From Pseudomonadota bacterium (GTDB taxonomy: Bacteria; Pseudomonadota; Alphaproteobacteria; Sphingomonadales; Sphingomonadaceae): 64,000 bases of DNA. Below the pieces are notes generated by a model that was not told the DNA's origin, did no database searches, and saw nothing but the letters and a program-made list of their open reading frames with translations. Positions 8,879 through 18,798 of this stretch are shown piece by piece (the first letter of the stretch is position 1; every line of letters begins with the position of its first letter). The stretch spans positions 34,948-98,947 of the forward strand of contig JAZJXZ010000017.1 of the NCBI GenBank assembly GCA_040390605.1. Direction: 5' to 3'. A program made the position numbers and the translations under genes.

Positions 8879-10605
8879 CGCGCCTTCACATAACTCCCCG
8901 GCGCATCGTCGATCGCCTTGAGCTTGCCCTTGCCCGGCTGGCGCGCACCCTTGGCCGGCACGGTCGCGTCGTCCTGCGCCGTCAGCCAGGCCAGCCAGTC
9001 CGGCCACCAGCTACCCTTGGTTTCGGTCGCGCCCGCGACGAATTCCGCGAGCGTCCTGGCCGGCGCAGGATTGGTCCAATATTGATATTTGCCGAGCGCC
9101 GGTGGGTTTACCACGCCGGCGATATGCCCCGAACCGGCGAGCACGAACCTGATCGGGCCGGCAAACTGGTCGGTGATCTTCCACACGCTTTCCGCCGGCG
9201 CGATATGATCCTCACGACCCGCCTGGACATAGGACGGCGTCTTGACCTTCTTCAACTCGATCGGCGTGCCGAGCACTGACAAGGCCCCCGGCTTTACCAG
9301 CAGATTGTCGCGATAGAGGTCGGTGAGATAGCTCAGATGCCAGGCGGCGGGCAGGTTGGTGGTGTCGCCGTTCCAGTGCAGCAGGTCGAACGGCGCATAG
9401 TCCTGGCCGAGCAGGTAATTGTTGGTGACATAATTCCAGATCAGGTCTCGCCCGCGCAACAGATTGAACGTCGCCGCCATATAGCGCCCGTCGAGATATC
9501 CCTCGGGCGTCAGCGATTTGAGCAGGTCGAGCACTTCGTCGTCGACGAAGTTCAGCAACTCTCCGGCACGCTCGAAATCGACCTGTGCCGTGAAGAAGGT
9601 CGCGCTTTTGACGTTCTTGGCCTTCTTGCGCGCCGCCAGCACGGCGAGCGTAGCGGCGAGCGTGGTGCCCGCGACGCAATAGCCGATGCTGTGCACCGAT
9701 GGGACGTCGAGCAGGTCGCGGATCGTGTCGATCACGTCGATCTGCGCGGCAACGTAATCGTCCCACAATATCCCGGCCATCGACGCGTCGGCCGAGCGCC
9801 ACGACACCATGAACACGGTGATGCCCTGATCGACGCACCAGCGGATGAAGCTCTTTTCCGCCGTCAAATCGAGAATGTAGAAGCGGTTTATCCAGGGCGG
9901 GAAGATCACCAGCGGTACCGCCAGCACCGTGTCGGTGGTCGGCGTGTACTGGATCAGCTCGTAGAGGTCGGTGCGGTGCACCACCTTGCCCGGCGTCGTC
10001 GCCAGGTTCCGACCGACCTCGAACGCGTCGGGATCGGTCTGCGTCATCTGCCCCTTGGCCATGTCGGCGAGCATGCGCTTGAGGCCGGTCAGCAGATTCT
10101 CGCCGCCGGTCTCGATCGTCTTTTCCAGCACCGCCGGGTTGGTGGTCGGGAAGTTCGACGGGCTCATCGCATCGATGAAACCCTTCATCGCGAAGCTCAT
10201 CTGCTGCTTCTGCTTCGCGTCGAGCCCTTCGACAGCATCGATATTGCCGAGCATGTAGTCGGCGACGAGAAAATAGCTCTGGCGGATCCAGTCGAACACG
10301 GGGTTTTCGCGCCAGCGCGGATCGCGGAAGCGTTTGTCGGCATCGTGAATCGATGGTTCGGCCGGCGCGGCGAGCGGGTCGAGCATGCGCTGCCACAGCT
10401 CGAGGCTGTGGGTCCAGAAATCGCGCGTCCGTTCGATCGTCGCGGGATCGGTCAGGCCGGGTATCGCCGGCACCGCACCGGTCATCACCGGCAGTTCGAA
10501 GCCTTGCTCCATCATCTGCTGCTGCAGCCGGCCGAGCAGCCAGGTCCAGTGCTGCATATCGGCCAGGCTGGGTATCGTCGTGGCGGAATCCTTGCCTTCG
10601 GCCAT
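8875..10605 (-). CDS. phaC: class I poly(R)-hydroxyalkanoate synthase
   Basis: Start at MAEGKDSATT. The lipase-box GYCVAGT is present and the alpha/beta-hydrolase PhaC layout holds throughout. Confidence 0.9.
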   Translation of the reverse strand: MAEGKDSATTIPSLADMQHWTWLLGRLQQQMMEQGFELPVMTGAVPAIPGLTDPATIERTRDFWTHSLELWQRMLDPLAAPAEPSIHDADKRFRDPRWRENPVFDWIRQSYFLVADYMLGNIDAVEGLDAKQKQQMSFAMKGFIDAMSPSNFPTTNPAVLEKTIETGGENLLTGLKRMLADMAKGQMTQTDPDAFEVGRNLATTPGKVVHRTDLYELIQYTPTTDTVLAVPLVIFPPWINRFYILDLTAEKSFIRWCVDQGITVFMVSWRSADASMAGILWDDYVAAQIDVIDTIRDLLDVPSVHSIGYCVAGTTLAATLAVLAARKKAKNVKSATFFTAQVDFERAGELLNFVDDEVLDLLKSLTPEGYLDGRYMAATFNLLRGRDLIWNYVTNNYLLGQDYAPFDLLHWNGDTTNLPAAWHLSYLTDLYRDNLLVKPGALSVLGTPIELKKVKTPSYVQAGREDHIAPAESVWKITDQFAGPIRFVLAGSGHIAGVVNPPALGKYQYWTNPAPARTLAEFVAGATETKGSWWPDWLAWLTAQDDATVPAKGARQPGKGKLKAIDDAPGSYVKAR

Positions 10606-10742
10606 CAGCGCGAAACCTCGATGAAAAGCAAAACGATCGACGCAGTGAGCATAATTTCCTCTCCGCGGCGGCGCGGCGGCGATTTTCATGCTACATAGCC
10701 GCATCGCCGCGTTGGCGACCATAGCCGAAAGTACCTTCGCCC

Positions 10743-11951
10743 ATGTCCGACGATTTCTACCGCATTCGCCGCCTGCCCCCCTATGTCATCGCCGAAGTCA
10801 ACGCGATGCGGGCCCAGGCGCGCGCGGCGGGCGAGGACATCATCGATCTCGGCATGGGCAACCCCGATTTGCCCCCGCCGCCGCACGTCATCGATAAATT
10901 GTGCGAAGTGGCACGCAAGCCCGACGCGCATGGCTATTCCGCCTCCAAAGGCATCCCCGGCTTACGCAAGGCGCAGGCCAATTATTATGGCCGCCGCTTC
11001 GGCGTCGATCTCGACCCCGAGACCGAGGTGGTGGTGACGCTCGGCTCGAAAGAAGGCCTCGCCAATCTCGCCCAGGCGATCACCGCGCCGGGCGACGTCG
11101 TGCTCGCGCCCAATCCAAGCTATCCGATCCATACCTTCGGCTTCATCATCGCCGGCGCGACGATCCGCAGCGTGCCGACCACGCCCGACGAGAAATATTT
11201 CGAGGCGCTGGAACGCGCCATGGCCTTCACCGTCCCCCGCCCGAGCGTGCTGGTGATGGGTTATCCATCGAACCCGACTGCCGAGGTGGTCGACCTCGCC
11301 TTCTACGAACGTGTCGTCGCCTTCGCCAAGGAGCACAAGCTCTGGGTGCTGTCGGACCTCGCTTATTCCGAGCTTTATTATGACGGCCAGCCAACCCCCT
11401 CGATCCTCCAGGTGCCCGGCGCCAAGGACGTCGCGGTCGAGTTCACCTCGCTCAGCAAGACCTATTCCATGGCCGGCTGGCGGATCGGCTTCGCGGTCGG
11501 CAACAAGCGGCTGATCGACGCGCTGACGCGGGTGAAGTCGTACCTCGATTACGGTGCCTTCACGCCGATCCAGGCCGCCGCGGTGGCCGCGATCAACGGA
11601 CCGCAGGACATCGTCGAAGCCAACCGCACCCTTTATCGCGCGCGCCGCGACGTGTTGGTCGAGAGCTTCGGCCGCGCCGGCTGGGATATCCCGAGCCCAC
11701 GCGCCTCGATGTTCGCCTGGGCACCGCTGCCGCCGGCGTTGCAGCATCTCGGCAGCCTGGAATTCTCCAAGCAGCTGCTCAGCCATGCCAAGGTCGCGGT
11801 GGCGCCGGGCGTCGGATACGGCGAGAATGGCGAGGGCTATGTCCGCATCGCCATGGTCGAGAACGAGCAGCGCCTGCGGCAGGCGGCGCGCAACGTGAAG
11901 CGCTATCTGACCAGTATGGGCGTCAATACGCCTGCACAACAGAGCGGCTGA
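10743..11951 (+). CDS. class I/II PLP-dependent aminotransferase (alanine/aspartate transaminase-like)
   Basis: 402 aa with IIDLGMGNPDLPPP near the N-terminus and the SLSKTYSMAGWRIG PLP-lysine block. Confidence 0.85.
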   Translation: MSDDFYRIRRLPPYVIAEVNAMRAQARAAGEDIIDLGMGNPDLPPPPHVIDKLCEVARKPDAHGYSASKGIPGLRKAQANYYGRRFGVDLDPETEVVVTLGSKEGLANLAQAITAPGDVVLAPNPSYPIHTFGFIIAGATIRSVPTTPDEKYFEALERAMAFTVPRPSVLVMGYPSNPTAEVVDLAFYERVVAFAKEHKLWVLSDLAYSELYYDGQPTPSILQVPGAKDVAVEFTSLSKTYSMAGWRIGFAVGNKRLIDALTRVKSYLDYGAFTPIQAAAVAAINGPQDIVEANRTLYRARRDVLVESFGRAGWDIPSPRASMFAWAPLPPALQHLGSLEFSKQLLSHAKVAVAPGVGYGENGEGYVRIAMVENEQRLRQAARNVKRYLTSMGVNTPAQQSG

Positions 11952-11955
11952 ACCC

Positions 11956-12228
11956 GTGTTCCTCCTGCGTGGCGTCGAAAGCCACCCGCGATCCTTCGTC
12001 AAGGCGGTGTCGTGGCGCGCGCTCGGCAGCATCGATACCTTCGTGCTGGGCATGATCTTCACGCACGGCAATGGCAAGATCGCGGGTGCGATCGCCGGCA
12101 CCGAGGTGGTCACCAAAATCATCCTGTTCTATTTCCACGAGCGGCTGTGGTCGCTGGTGCGCTGGGGACACCGGCTGGACCCGCCGGGGCCAGAGGAATC
12201 GTCGGAGGGCGTGCCTTCGGCGCCCTGA
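11956..12228 (+). CDS. DUF2061-like small membrane protein
   Basis: GTG start. SHPRSFVKAVSWRALGSIDTFVLGMIFTHG matches my recollection of the DUF2061 signature. Confidence 0.55.
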   Translation: MFLLRGVESHPRSFVKAVSWRALGSIDTFVLGMIFTHGNGKIAGAIAGTEVVTKIILFYFHERLWSLVRWGHRLDPPGPEESSEGVPSAP

Positions 12229-12281
12229 CCCTCCGGGCAATCCCCTGGTCGCACGAAACGAGCGCTTAACCTCGCCGCCTT

Positions 12282-14081
12282 ATGGTTGGCGTGACCATGC
12301 GACCAGCCCCGCCCACGCGCGCGCGCCTGCTGCTGCCGGCAGTGATCGCGATCAGCTATGCGGTTCTCGCCGGCGCTGCGATCACGCTGTTGCGCCCCGG
12401 CGGCGGCATCGCCCTGATGTGGCTGGCCAACGGCCCGCTCATCGCGACGCTGGCGGTGGTACGGTATCGGCGCTGGCCGGCGTTGCTCGCCGCCGGTATG
12501 CTTGGCAGCATCGCGGCATCGATCGCCACCTCGCCCTTTTCGGCGGTGGCGCCGCTGTTCGCGCTGGGCAATATCGGCGAGGCGGCGCTGGCCGCGGGAC
12601 TGATCCGGCGTTTCAATGTCCAGCGCAGCCTGTTCGACGGCGCGGCATCGATCGCGCTGTTCGTCGTCGCCGCGGTGATCATCGCGCCGCTGATCAGCGG
12701 CGCCCTGACATCGGCCGCGCTGGCGCTGTTCCTGCCGCTCGATCCGCACGCGACGCTGTTCGACTGGCAGCTCGGACACGGCATCGGCAATCTCGTCACC
12801 ACGCCGATAACGTTGCTGTTCACCCGGCGGAACGTCGACTGGCGGCGCTTTCACGCGCGGCATGGCGTGTGGCAGGCGATCGGCTGCACGGTGCTCGGCG
12901 TCGGGACCACCTTCCTCGTCTTCTACCAGAACGGCCTGCCGCTGCTGTTCCTGCCGATCGCGCCGCTGTTGATCTCGACCTTCGCAATGCAGCGCTTCGG
13001 TGCGGCCGGAGGCGTGCTGGTGATCAGCGTCGTCGGCGGCGTGATGACGCTGCACGGTTCCGGGCCGCTGATGCTGATCCACGGCGATCAGGCCGCCCAG
13101 CTTCAATTCTTCCAATTCTATCTCGCGGTACTGTTCCTCACCGCGCTGCCGGTGTCGGCGAGCTTATGGCAACAGGATCAGCTGCGCATCGCGCTGGGCG
13201 AGAGCGAGGCCCGCTACCGCCTGCTCGCCGACAATGCCACCGACATCATGCTGACGCTCGAGCCCGATGGCAGGATCCGCTTCGCCTCGCCGGCGGTGCG
13301 CGAGCTGGGCCATTTCGATCCTGCCGAGCTGGTCGGCCTCAATGCCGCGGCACTGGTTTACCTACCCGATCGCGAGCGCGTCAGCGGCGTGCACGTGGCC
13401 GCGCTGCACGATCCGAATCGCACCTTCAAGGTCGAATATCGCGCGGTGCGGGCCGATGGTTCGCTCGGCTGGTTCGAGACCAATACGCGTGCCGTACGCG
13501 GTGCGGACGGTGTTGTCGGCGCCGTGATCTGCGTGATCCGCGCGCTCGACGACCGCAAGCGGCGCGAAGCCGAACTCGAGCGCGCGGCGGCGACCGATCC
13601 GCTCACCGGCCTGCTCAATCGCGCCGCTTTCGGCGAGGCGGCGAAAGAAGCGATGGCGGCGGCGCGTACCGGCAAGCCTTCGACGCTGGCGATCCTCGAT
13701 CTCGACCATTTCAAGGCGATCAACGACACGCATGGCCATGCCGTCGGCGACAGCGCGCTGCTGATGGTCGCCGATCTCTTGCGCGAGCATGTCCGCGCCG
13801 GCGACGCCATCGGCCGGATCGGCGGCGAGGAATTCGCCGTGCTGTTCCGTGGCCTCGCGCACGGCGCGGCGGCGGCGGTATGCGACCGGCTCCGCATCCT
13901 GCTCCACGAACAACGCCTACCCGGCAGCGAGATTGGCGTGACGATGAGCGCGGGCCTGGCAGAACTCTGCCCCGGCTTCGGCCTCGATCCGATCTTCGAG
14001 GCCGCCGATCGCGCCCTATACCGCGCCAAGGCGGCCGGGCGGAACCGGATTGCGGTGGAAAGCGATCCACTGGCGGGATAG
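12282..14081 (+). CDS. diguanylate cyclase with MASE1-like membrane sensor and PAS domain
   Basis: The N-terminal ~300 aa are polytopic, a PAS-like middle region follows, and the C-terminal GGDEF domain contains RIGGEEFAVLF. Confidence 0.85.
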   Translation: MVGVTMRPAPPTRARLLLPAVIAISYAVLAGAAITLLRPGGGIALMWLANGPLIATLAVVRYRRWPALLAAGMLGSIAASIATSPFSAVAPLFALGNIGEAALAAGLIRRFNVQRSLFDGAASIALFVVAAVIIAPLISGALTSAALALFLPLDPHATLFDWQLGHGIGNLVTTPITLLFTRRNVDWRRFHARHGVWQAIGCTVLGVGTTFLVFYQNGLPLLFLPIAPLLISTFAMQRFGAAGGVLVISVVGGVMTLHGSGPLMLIHGDQAAQLQFFQFYLAVLFLTALPVSASLWQQDQLRIALGESEARYRLLADNATDIMLTLEPDGRIRFASPAVRELGHFDPAELVGLNAAALVYLPDRERVSGVHVAALHDPNRTFKVEYRAVRADGSLGWFETNTRAVRGADGVVGAVICVIRALDDRKRREAELERAAATDPLTGLLNRAAFGEAAKEAMAAARTGKPSTLAILDLDHFKAINDTHGHAVGDSALLMVADLLREHVRAGDAIGRIGGEEFAVLFRGLAHGAAAAVCDRLRILLHEQRLPGSEIGVTMSAGLAELCPGFGLDPIFEAADRALYRAKAAGRNRIAVESDPLAG

Positions 14082-14090
14082 GGCCGCGGC

Positions 14091-14516
14091 ATGACACGCC
14101 CCGGCTTCGCCTTCTCCACCCGCTTCAAGGTCCGTTATGCCGAGATCGACGGCCAGAAGGTCGTCTTCAACTCGCGCTATCTCGAATATGCCGACGTCGC
14201 GGTATCCGAGTTCTGGGACTGGACCGGTATCGCCGACTCGCTCGGCACCGCCTGGACCGAAACCGAATTCCACGTCCGCCACACCGAGATCGATTATCTC
14301 AAGCCCTTCACCTATGGCGATACGATCGAGGCGTTCGTCGCGGTGACGCGGCTCGGCAATTCCAGCCTGACGCAACGCTTCGAGCTATGCCACGCCGTGA
14401 CCGGCGCGCTGCATACGGTGATCGAGATGGTGATCGTCAACGTCCATCTGCCATCGGGCCAGCCGGCCCCGATCGCGCCTGAGGTGCGGGCGTTCCTGGA
14501 AAAACTGTCCGGCTAA
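14091..14516 (+). CDS. acyl-CoA thioesterase (hotdog fold, YbgC/4HBT-like)
   Basis: 141 aa. The N-terminal RFKVRYAEIDGQKVVFNSRYLEY is typical of 4HBT thioesterases. Confidence 0.7.
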   Translation: MTRPGFAFSTRFKVRYAEIDGQKVVFNSRYLEYADVAVSEFWDWTGIADSLGTAWTETEFHVRHTEIDYLKPFTYGDTIEAFVAVTRLGNSSLTQRFELCHAVTGALHTVIEMVIVNVHLPSGQPAPIAPEVRAFLEKLSG

Positions 14517-14518
14517 GG

Positions 14519-15025
14519 CTATTCCGCTGCCTTGGCCTCGGGTTCGGCATGGCTGACATCCTCGCGCAACGCCCAGTGCATGTCGTGCTTGGTCAGCACG
14601 CGGCCGTCCCAGGAGGTCACCGCGACCGGCGCAACCGGACGCATATCGCGTGCGTCTACCAGCACCGGGCTGGCCGGCGTGCCGGTTTCCCAACGCTCGC
14701 CCCATTGCCTGAGCGCGACCATCGTCGGCAACAGCGCCATGCCCTTTTCGGTCAGGTTATACTCGATCTTGCGGCGATCGTCGGGCATCGCCTCGCGCGT
14801 CAGGATGCCATGCTCGACCAGCCGCGCCAGGCGATTGGCTAGAATGTTGCGCGCGATGCCCAGCTCCGACTGGAATTCCTCGAAATGGTGCAGCCCGTTG
14901 AAGGCGGCGCGCAGGATCATGAACGACCAGCGTTCACCCATCGCCTCGAGCGCCGCCGGCAGGCTGCACTTGACCAGTTCGCGCAAGGGCTCGCGGAGCT
15001 TTTCGTCCATCAATCCTCTACCCAT
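14519..15025 (-). CDS. HxlR family transcriptional regulator
   Basis: MGERWSFMILRAAFNGLHHFEEFQSELGIARNILANRLARLVEHGIL is a winged-helix HxlR signature. Confidence 0.8.
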   Translation of the reverse strand: MGRGLMDEKLREPLRELVKCSLPAALEAMGERWSFMILRAAFNGLHHFEEFQSELGIARNILANRLARLVEHGILTREAMPDDRRKIEYNLTEKGMALLPTMVALRQWGERWETGTPASPVLVDARDMRPVAPVAVTSWDGRVLTKHDMHWALREDVSHAEPEAKAAE

Positions 15026-15143
15026 CTCATCAGCCTATCGCATTTCTGTTCGTCGTGTGAATGAAATATAAGTTTCTAGTTGCAACCCGCAACCTAATTC
15101 ACTAGGTAGTGATTCGCAACTGAATAAACAGGAGGTCCTCCCC

Positions 15144-15464
15144 ATGATCCGTTTCACCGCTCTCGCCGCCGCCGCGCTCGCTTCTGCCGCCCTGCTGTCG
15201 CCGATCGCTGCCGACGCCCAGGGCCCGGCCGGCTTCTACGTCGCCACCCCGGTCGCCAAGCCGGCCAGTTCCAGCATCATCACCAACTCGACGCTGTGGA
15301 CCTGGCAGGACACCGCATTCACCGCCAACCATGCGCCTGAGCGCCCCAACATCCTGTGCGAACTGGTCGTCAAGCGCGTCGGCGCGCTCACCAGCTTCTC
15401 GGCCGGCGGCAAGGCGTTCGACGCCGATGCGCTCGCCAAGTGCAACGCCCGCGCCGCGAAGTAA
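15144..15464 (+). CDS. small secreted hypothetical protein
   Basis: 106 aa. AGGAGG lies 7 nt upstream. Signal peptide MIRFTALAAAALASAALLSPIAADA, two Cys in the mature part. A strong terminator follows. Confidence 0.55.
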   Translation: MIRFTALAAAALASAALLSPIAADAQGPAGFYVATPVAKPASSSIITNSTLWTWQDTAFTANHAPERPNILCELVVKRVGALTSFSAGGKAFDADALAKCNARAAK

Positions 15465-15494
15465 TCCAAGCTCCTCGTCCCCGAGGTCGACTGA

Positions 15495-15526
15495 GCCCTC
15501 TCCGCCACAGCGGAGGGGGCTTTTTT
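15495..15526 (+). terminator. rho-independent terminator
   Basis: GCCCTCTCCGC caca GCGGAGGGGGC is an 11-bp stem with one G-U pair, followed by TTTTTT (15521-15526). Confidence 0.75.
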
Positions 15527-15583
15527 CCGTCGACAAGAGCAATTTTGTTGCAAAGCAACAGGATCGCACGCCATCTTGAACCT

Positions 15584-17680
15584 GTGTTGCGTCAATATGA
15601 ACTCGTCGATCGGGTCCTGAGCTACGATCCCAATGCCGACGAGGCCCTGCTCAACCGCGCCTATGTCTTTTCGTTACAGGCACATGGCAGCCAGAAGCGT
15701 GCATCCGGCGACCCCTATTTCAGCCATCCGATCGAGGTCGCCGGCATCCTGACCGACCTGCATCTCGACGACGAGACCATCGCCACCGCGATCCTGCACG
15801 ACACGGTCGAGGATACCGTCGCCACGCCGGAGGAGATCGAGCGGGTGTTCGGGCCCAGCGTCGCGCGGCTGGTCGATGGCGTGACCAAGCTCTCCAAGAT
15901 CGAGGCGCAGACCGAAAGCGAGCGCGCCGCGGAGAATCTGCGCAAGTTCCTGCTCGCCATGTCCGACGACATCCGCGTGCTGCTGGTCAAGCTCGCCGAC
16001 CGGCTGCACAACATGCGCACGCTCCACCATATCCCCAATCCCGACAAGCGCCGGCGCATCGCGCGCGAGACGATGGACATCTACGCCCCGCTCGCCGAGC
16101 GCATCGGCATGTACGAGTTCATGAAGGAGATGCAGACTCTCGCCTTCAAGGAGCTCGAGCCCGAGGCATTCGAATCGATCGACAAGCGCCTCACCCAGTT
16201 GAAGGAAGGCGGCGGCGACCGCATCGCCAAGATCGGCTCGGGGCTGAAGCTGCTGCTGTCGCGCGCCGGGATCGAGGCCGATATTTCGGGCCGCGAGAAG
16301 CATCCTTATTCGATCTGGAAGAAGATGGCCGAACGGCACATCAGCTTCGAGCAGCTGTCGGACATCATGGCCTTCCGCGCGATCGTGCCGAGCGAGGAGG
16401 ATTGCTACCGAGCGCTGGGCATCATCCACCGGCGCTGGCCGATGGTGCCGGGGCGCTTCAAGGATTACATCTCGACGCCCAAACGCAACGGCTATCGCTC
16501 GCTGCACACCTCGGTCATTCATGCCGACAACACCCGGGTCGAGATCCAGATCCGCACCCAGGAAATGCACGAAGAGGCCGAGCTCGGCCTCGCCGCGCAC
16601 TGGGCCTACAAGCAGGACAAGGTCCGCCCCGAAACCCAGGTGAGCTGGATCCGCGACCTGGTCGAGATCCTCGACAATGCCGAGAGCCCGGAAGAGCTGC
16701 TCGAACATACCCGCATGGCGATGTACCAGGATCGCATCTTCGCCTTCACCCCCAAGGGCGAGCTTCACCAGCTGCCCAAGGGCGCGACGCCGATCGATTT
16801 CGCTTATGCCGTGCACACCGATCTCGGCGACCAGGCGGTCGGTGCCAAGATCAATGGCCGGGTCGTGCCGCTGCGTACCGAGATCGTCAACGGCGATCAG
16901 GTGCAGATCCTGCGGTCGAAGGCGCAGACCCCGCAGGCGGCGTGGCTCAACTTCGCGATCACCGGCAAGGCGCGCGCCTCGATCCGGCGTTATCTGCGCG
17001 CCAAGGAGCGCGAGGAAACGCAGAAGCTCGGTCGCAAGCTCTATGACGACATCGTCGCGCGGCTGCCGGTGCCGATCGGCCCAGAAGCACTCAAGGCCGC
17101 GCTCAAGAAATTGAAGCTTCCCGACGAGGCAGCTTTGCTTGAAGCGGTCGCGCGCCGCCGCATCGCCGACGCCGATGTGATGGAGGCGCTGATCCCCGGC
17201 GCCGGGGCAAGCGCCGGCACGGCCGAGCGCGCCATGCCGCACCAGGCCGGCGCAATCTCGATCCGTGGCCTGGCGCGCGGCGTCGCGTTCGATCTCGCCG
17301 AATGCTGCCACCCGGTCCCGGGCGACCGCATCGTCGGGCTGCGCCGCCCCAATGAGGGGATCGAGGTCCACACCATCGACTGCCCGTCGCTCGCCAACAG
17401 CGACGATGCCGACTGGGTCGACCTGTCCTGGGGTGACAAGGCCGAAGGCGCCACCGCGCGCATCGCGGTCGGCGTCAAGAACGAGCCCGGCACGCTCGGC
17501 GTGATCGCGACGATTATCGGCCAGCAGCGCGCCAACATCGTCAACATGCGGCTCGACAGCCGCGACGATGCCTTCCACACCAACACGATCGACGTCGAGG
17601 TGCATGACCTGCAGCATCTCAGCAAGCTGATGACCGCGCTGCGGGCGGCGGATGCGGTCAACAACGTCGAACGGGTCTAG
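15584..17680 (+). CDS. spoT: bifunctional (p)ppGpp synthetase/hydrolase (RelA/SpoT homologue)
   Basis: GTG start gives MLRQYELVDRV. HD hydrolase block HDTVEDT, synthetase block YRSLHTSV, then TGS and ACT-like C-terminal regions. The upstream part of ORF 15356.. runs through the terminator and was rejected. Confidence 0.9.
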   Translation: MLRQYELVDRVLSYDPNADEALLNRAYVFSLQAHGSQKRASGDPYFSHPIEVAGILTDLHLDDETIATAILHDTVEDTVATPEEIERVFGPSVARLVDGVTKLSKIEAQTESERAAENLRKFLLAMSDDIRVLLVKLADRLHNMRTLHHIPNPDKRRRIARETMDIYAPLAERIGMYEFMKEMQTLAFKELEPEAFESIDKRLTQLKEGGGDRIAKIGSGLKLLLSRAGIEADISGREKHPYSIWKKMAERHISFEQLSDIMAFRAIVPSEEDCYRALGIIHRRWPMVPGRFKDYISTPKRNGYRSLHTSVIHADNTRVEIQIRTQEMHEEAELGLAAHWAYKQDKVRPETQVSWIRDLVEILDNAESPEELLEHTRMAMYQDRIFAFTPKGELHQLPKGATPIDFAYAVHTDLGDQAVGAKINGRVVPLRTEIVNGDQVQILRSKAQTPQAAWLNFAITGKARASIRRYLRAKEREETQKLGRKLYDDIVARLPVPIGPEALKAALKKLKLPDEAALLEAVARRRIADADVMEALIPGAGASAGTAERAMPHQAGAISIRGLARGVAFDLAECCHPVPGDRIVGLRRPNEGIEVHTIDCPSLANSDDADWVDLSWGDKAEGATARIAVGVKNEPGTLGVIATIIGQQRANIVNMRLDSRDDAFHTNTIDVEVHDLQHLSKLMTALRAADAVNNVERV

Positions 17681-18006
17681 GCTTTCACCAACGGCGCATG
17701 CGGCGTCGAGACGCGCTTAAGGAACAGTCGTTCCTCGCGGCGAATGAACTGCTCGCGCTGGGCAAAAGCATAATTTTCGCGCCCGATGGGATCGTCGCGC
17801 AGGCGTGCGCGATACGCCTCATAAGCGGCGAGATCCTCGATATCGTATAGCGCATAGGCGCGTGTCGCCGAGCCCTCGTGCGGCGCGTAATAGCCGATCA
17901 GGTCGGCGCCGCAGCGCGGGATCGCCTGACCCCAGGCGCGGGCATAGTCGGCGAACGCCTCGGTCTTGAACGGATCGATCTCGTAGCGGATCAGGCAGGT
18001 GATCAT
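17677..18006 (-). CDS. NIPSNAP-like small protein
   Basis: Only the last 109 aa of ORF 17677..18657 look real (MITCLIRYEIDPFKTEAFADYARAWGQAI...). The stop overlaps the spoT stop by 4 nt (convergent). Confidence 0.55.
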   Translation of the reverse strand: MITCLIRYEIDPFKTEAFADYARAWGQAIPRCGADLIGYYAPHEGSATRAYALYDIEDLAAYEAYRARLRDDPIGRENYAFAQREQFIRREERLFLKRVSTPHAPLVKA

Positions 18007-18078
18007 CTTTGGTCTCCATCGTCGATCATCCCGACCTAGTCGATTGTACGACGATGATGCTTCGGTTAAAGCCGAAGC

Positions 18079-18765
18079 ATGAAAGACGGACCGATGATCG
18101 CCACCGTCGCCGCGCTGATTGGCGATCCGGCGCGCGCCAACATGCTGAGCGCGCTGGTCGATGGTCGGGCGCTGACCGCAAGCGAGCTGGCCGCCGCCGC
18201 CGGCATCGCCGCCCCGACCGCCAGCGGCCATCTCGCGCGACTGACCGCCGCCAGGCTGATCTGTGTCGAGCGCCAGGGCCGGCACCGCTATTTCCGCCTC
18301 GCCGACGATGATGTCGCCGGGGTGCTCGAGGCGCTGATGGGTCTGGCCGAGCGCACCGGCGCGACCCGCGTCCATGCCGGGCCGCGCGATGCCGCGTTGC
18401 GCGCCTCGCGTATCTGTTACGATCATCTCGCCGGCGCGCGCGGCGTCGCCCTGTTCGGCGATGCGGTCGGCGCCGGGCTGATCGCCGGTGCCGGCGATCT
18501 CGTGTTGACCGAGAAGGGCCGCGCCACCTTCACCGCCTTCGGTATCGACCTGCCCGCACTCGAACGCGGCCGCCGGCCGATGCTGCGCCCGTGCCTCGAC
18601 TGGAGCGAGCGCCGCAGCCATCTCGGCGGCGCGCTCGGGGCCGCCGTCCTGACGCACTTGCTGGCGGGCGGATGGGCGCGCCGCGGTGCCGGCCGTGTGA
18701 TCGTCATCACCCCCGCCGGCGACCGCGTGCTGCGCGAACTGGCGAGCGGCGCAATCTCCCCATGA
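18079..18765 (+). CDS. ArsR/SmtB-type winged-helix transcriptional regulator with C-terminal extension
   Basis: ALIGDPARANMLSALVDGRALTASELAAAAGIAAPTASGHLARLTAARLICVERQGRHRYFRL is an ArsR-like HTH. Confidence 0.75.
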   Translation: MKDGPMIATVAALIGDPARANMLSALVDGRALTASELAAAAGIAAPTASGHLARLTAARLICVERQGRHRYFRLADDDVAGVLEALMGLAERTGATRVHAGPRDAALRASRICYDHLAGARGVALFGDAVGAGLIAGAGDLVLTEKGRATFTAFGIDLPALERGRRPMLRPCLDWSERRSHLGGALGAAVLTHLLAGGWARRGAGRVIVITPAGDRVLRELASGAISP

Positions 18766-18798
18766 CGGATGCGACGCTTGTCGCTAAACAGCCGCGCC

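Noticed and set aside
8456-8893. 145-aa plus-strand ORF opposite the zinc-ribbon ORF
   Set aside because: It has no motifs and an irregular composition. The minus-strand frame has paired CxxC motifs and a start coupled to the phaC stop. The choice remains uncertain.
12071-14482. 803-aa plus-strand ORF in an alternative frame over the diguanylate cyclase gene
   Set aside because: The translation is an Arg/Pro/Ala-rich nonsense frame, whereas frame 12282..14081 gives MASE1-PAS-GGDEF.
15674-17617. 647-aa ORF on the minus strand
   Set aside because: It is antisense to the RelA/SpoT gene, with no domain signatures.
17677-18657. Full 326-aa extent of the minus-strand ORF
   Set aside because: Only the last 109 aa (from the ATG at 18006) look like a real NIPSNAP-like protein. 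The upstream two-thirds is Gly/Ala/Arg-rich and antisense to the ArsR-type regulator gene.
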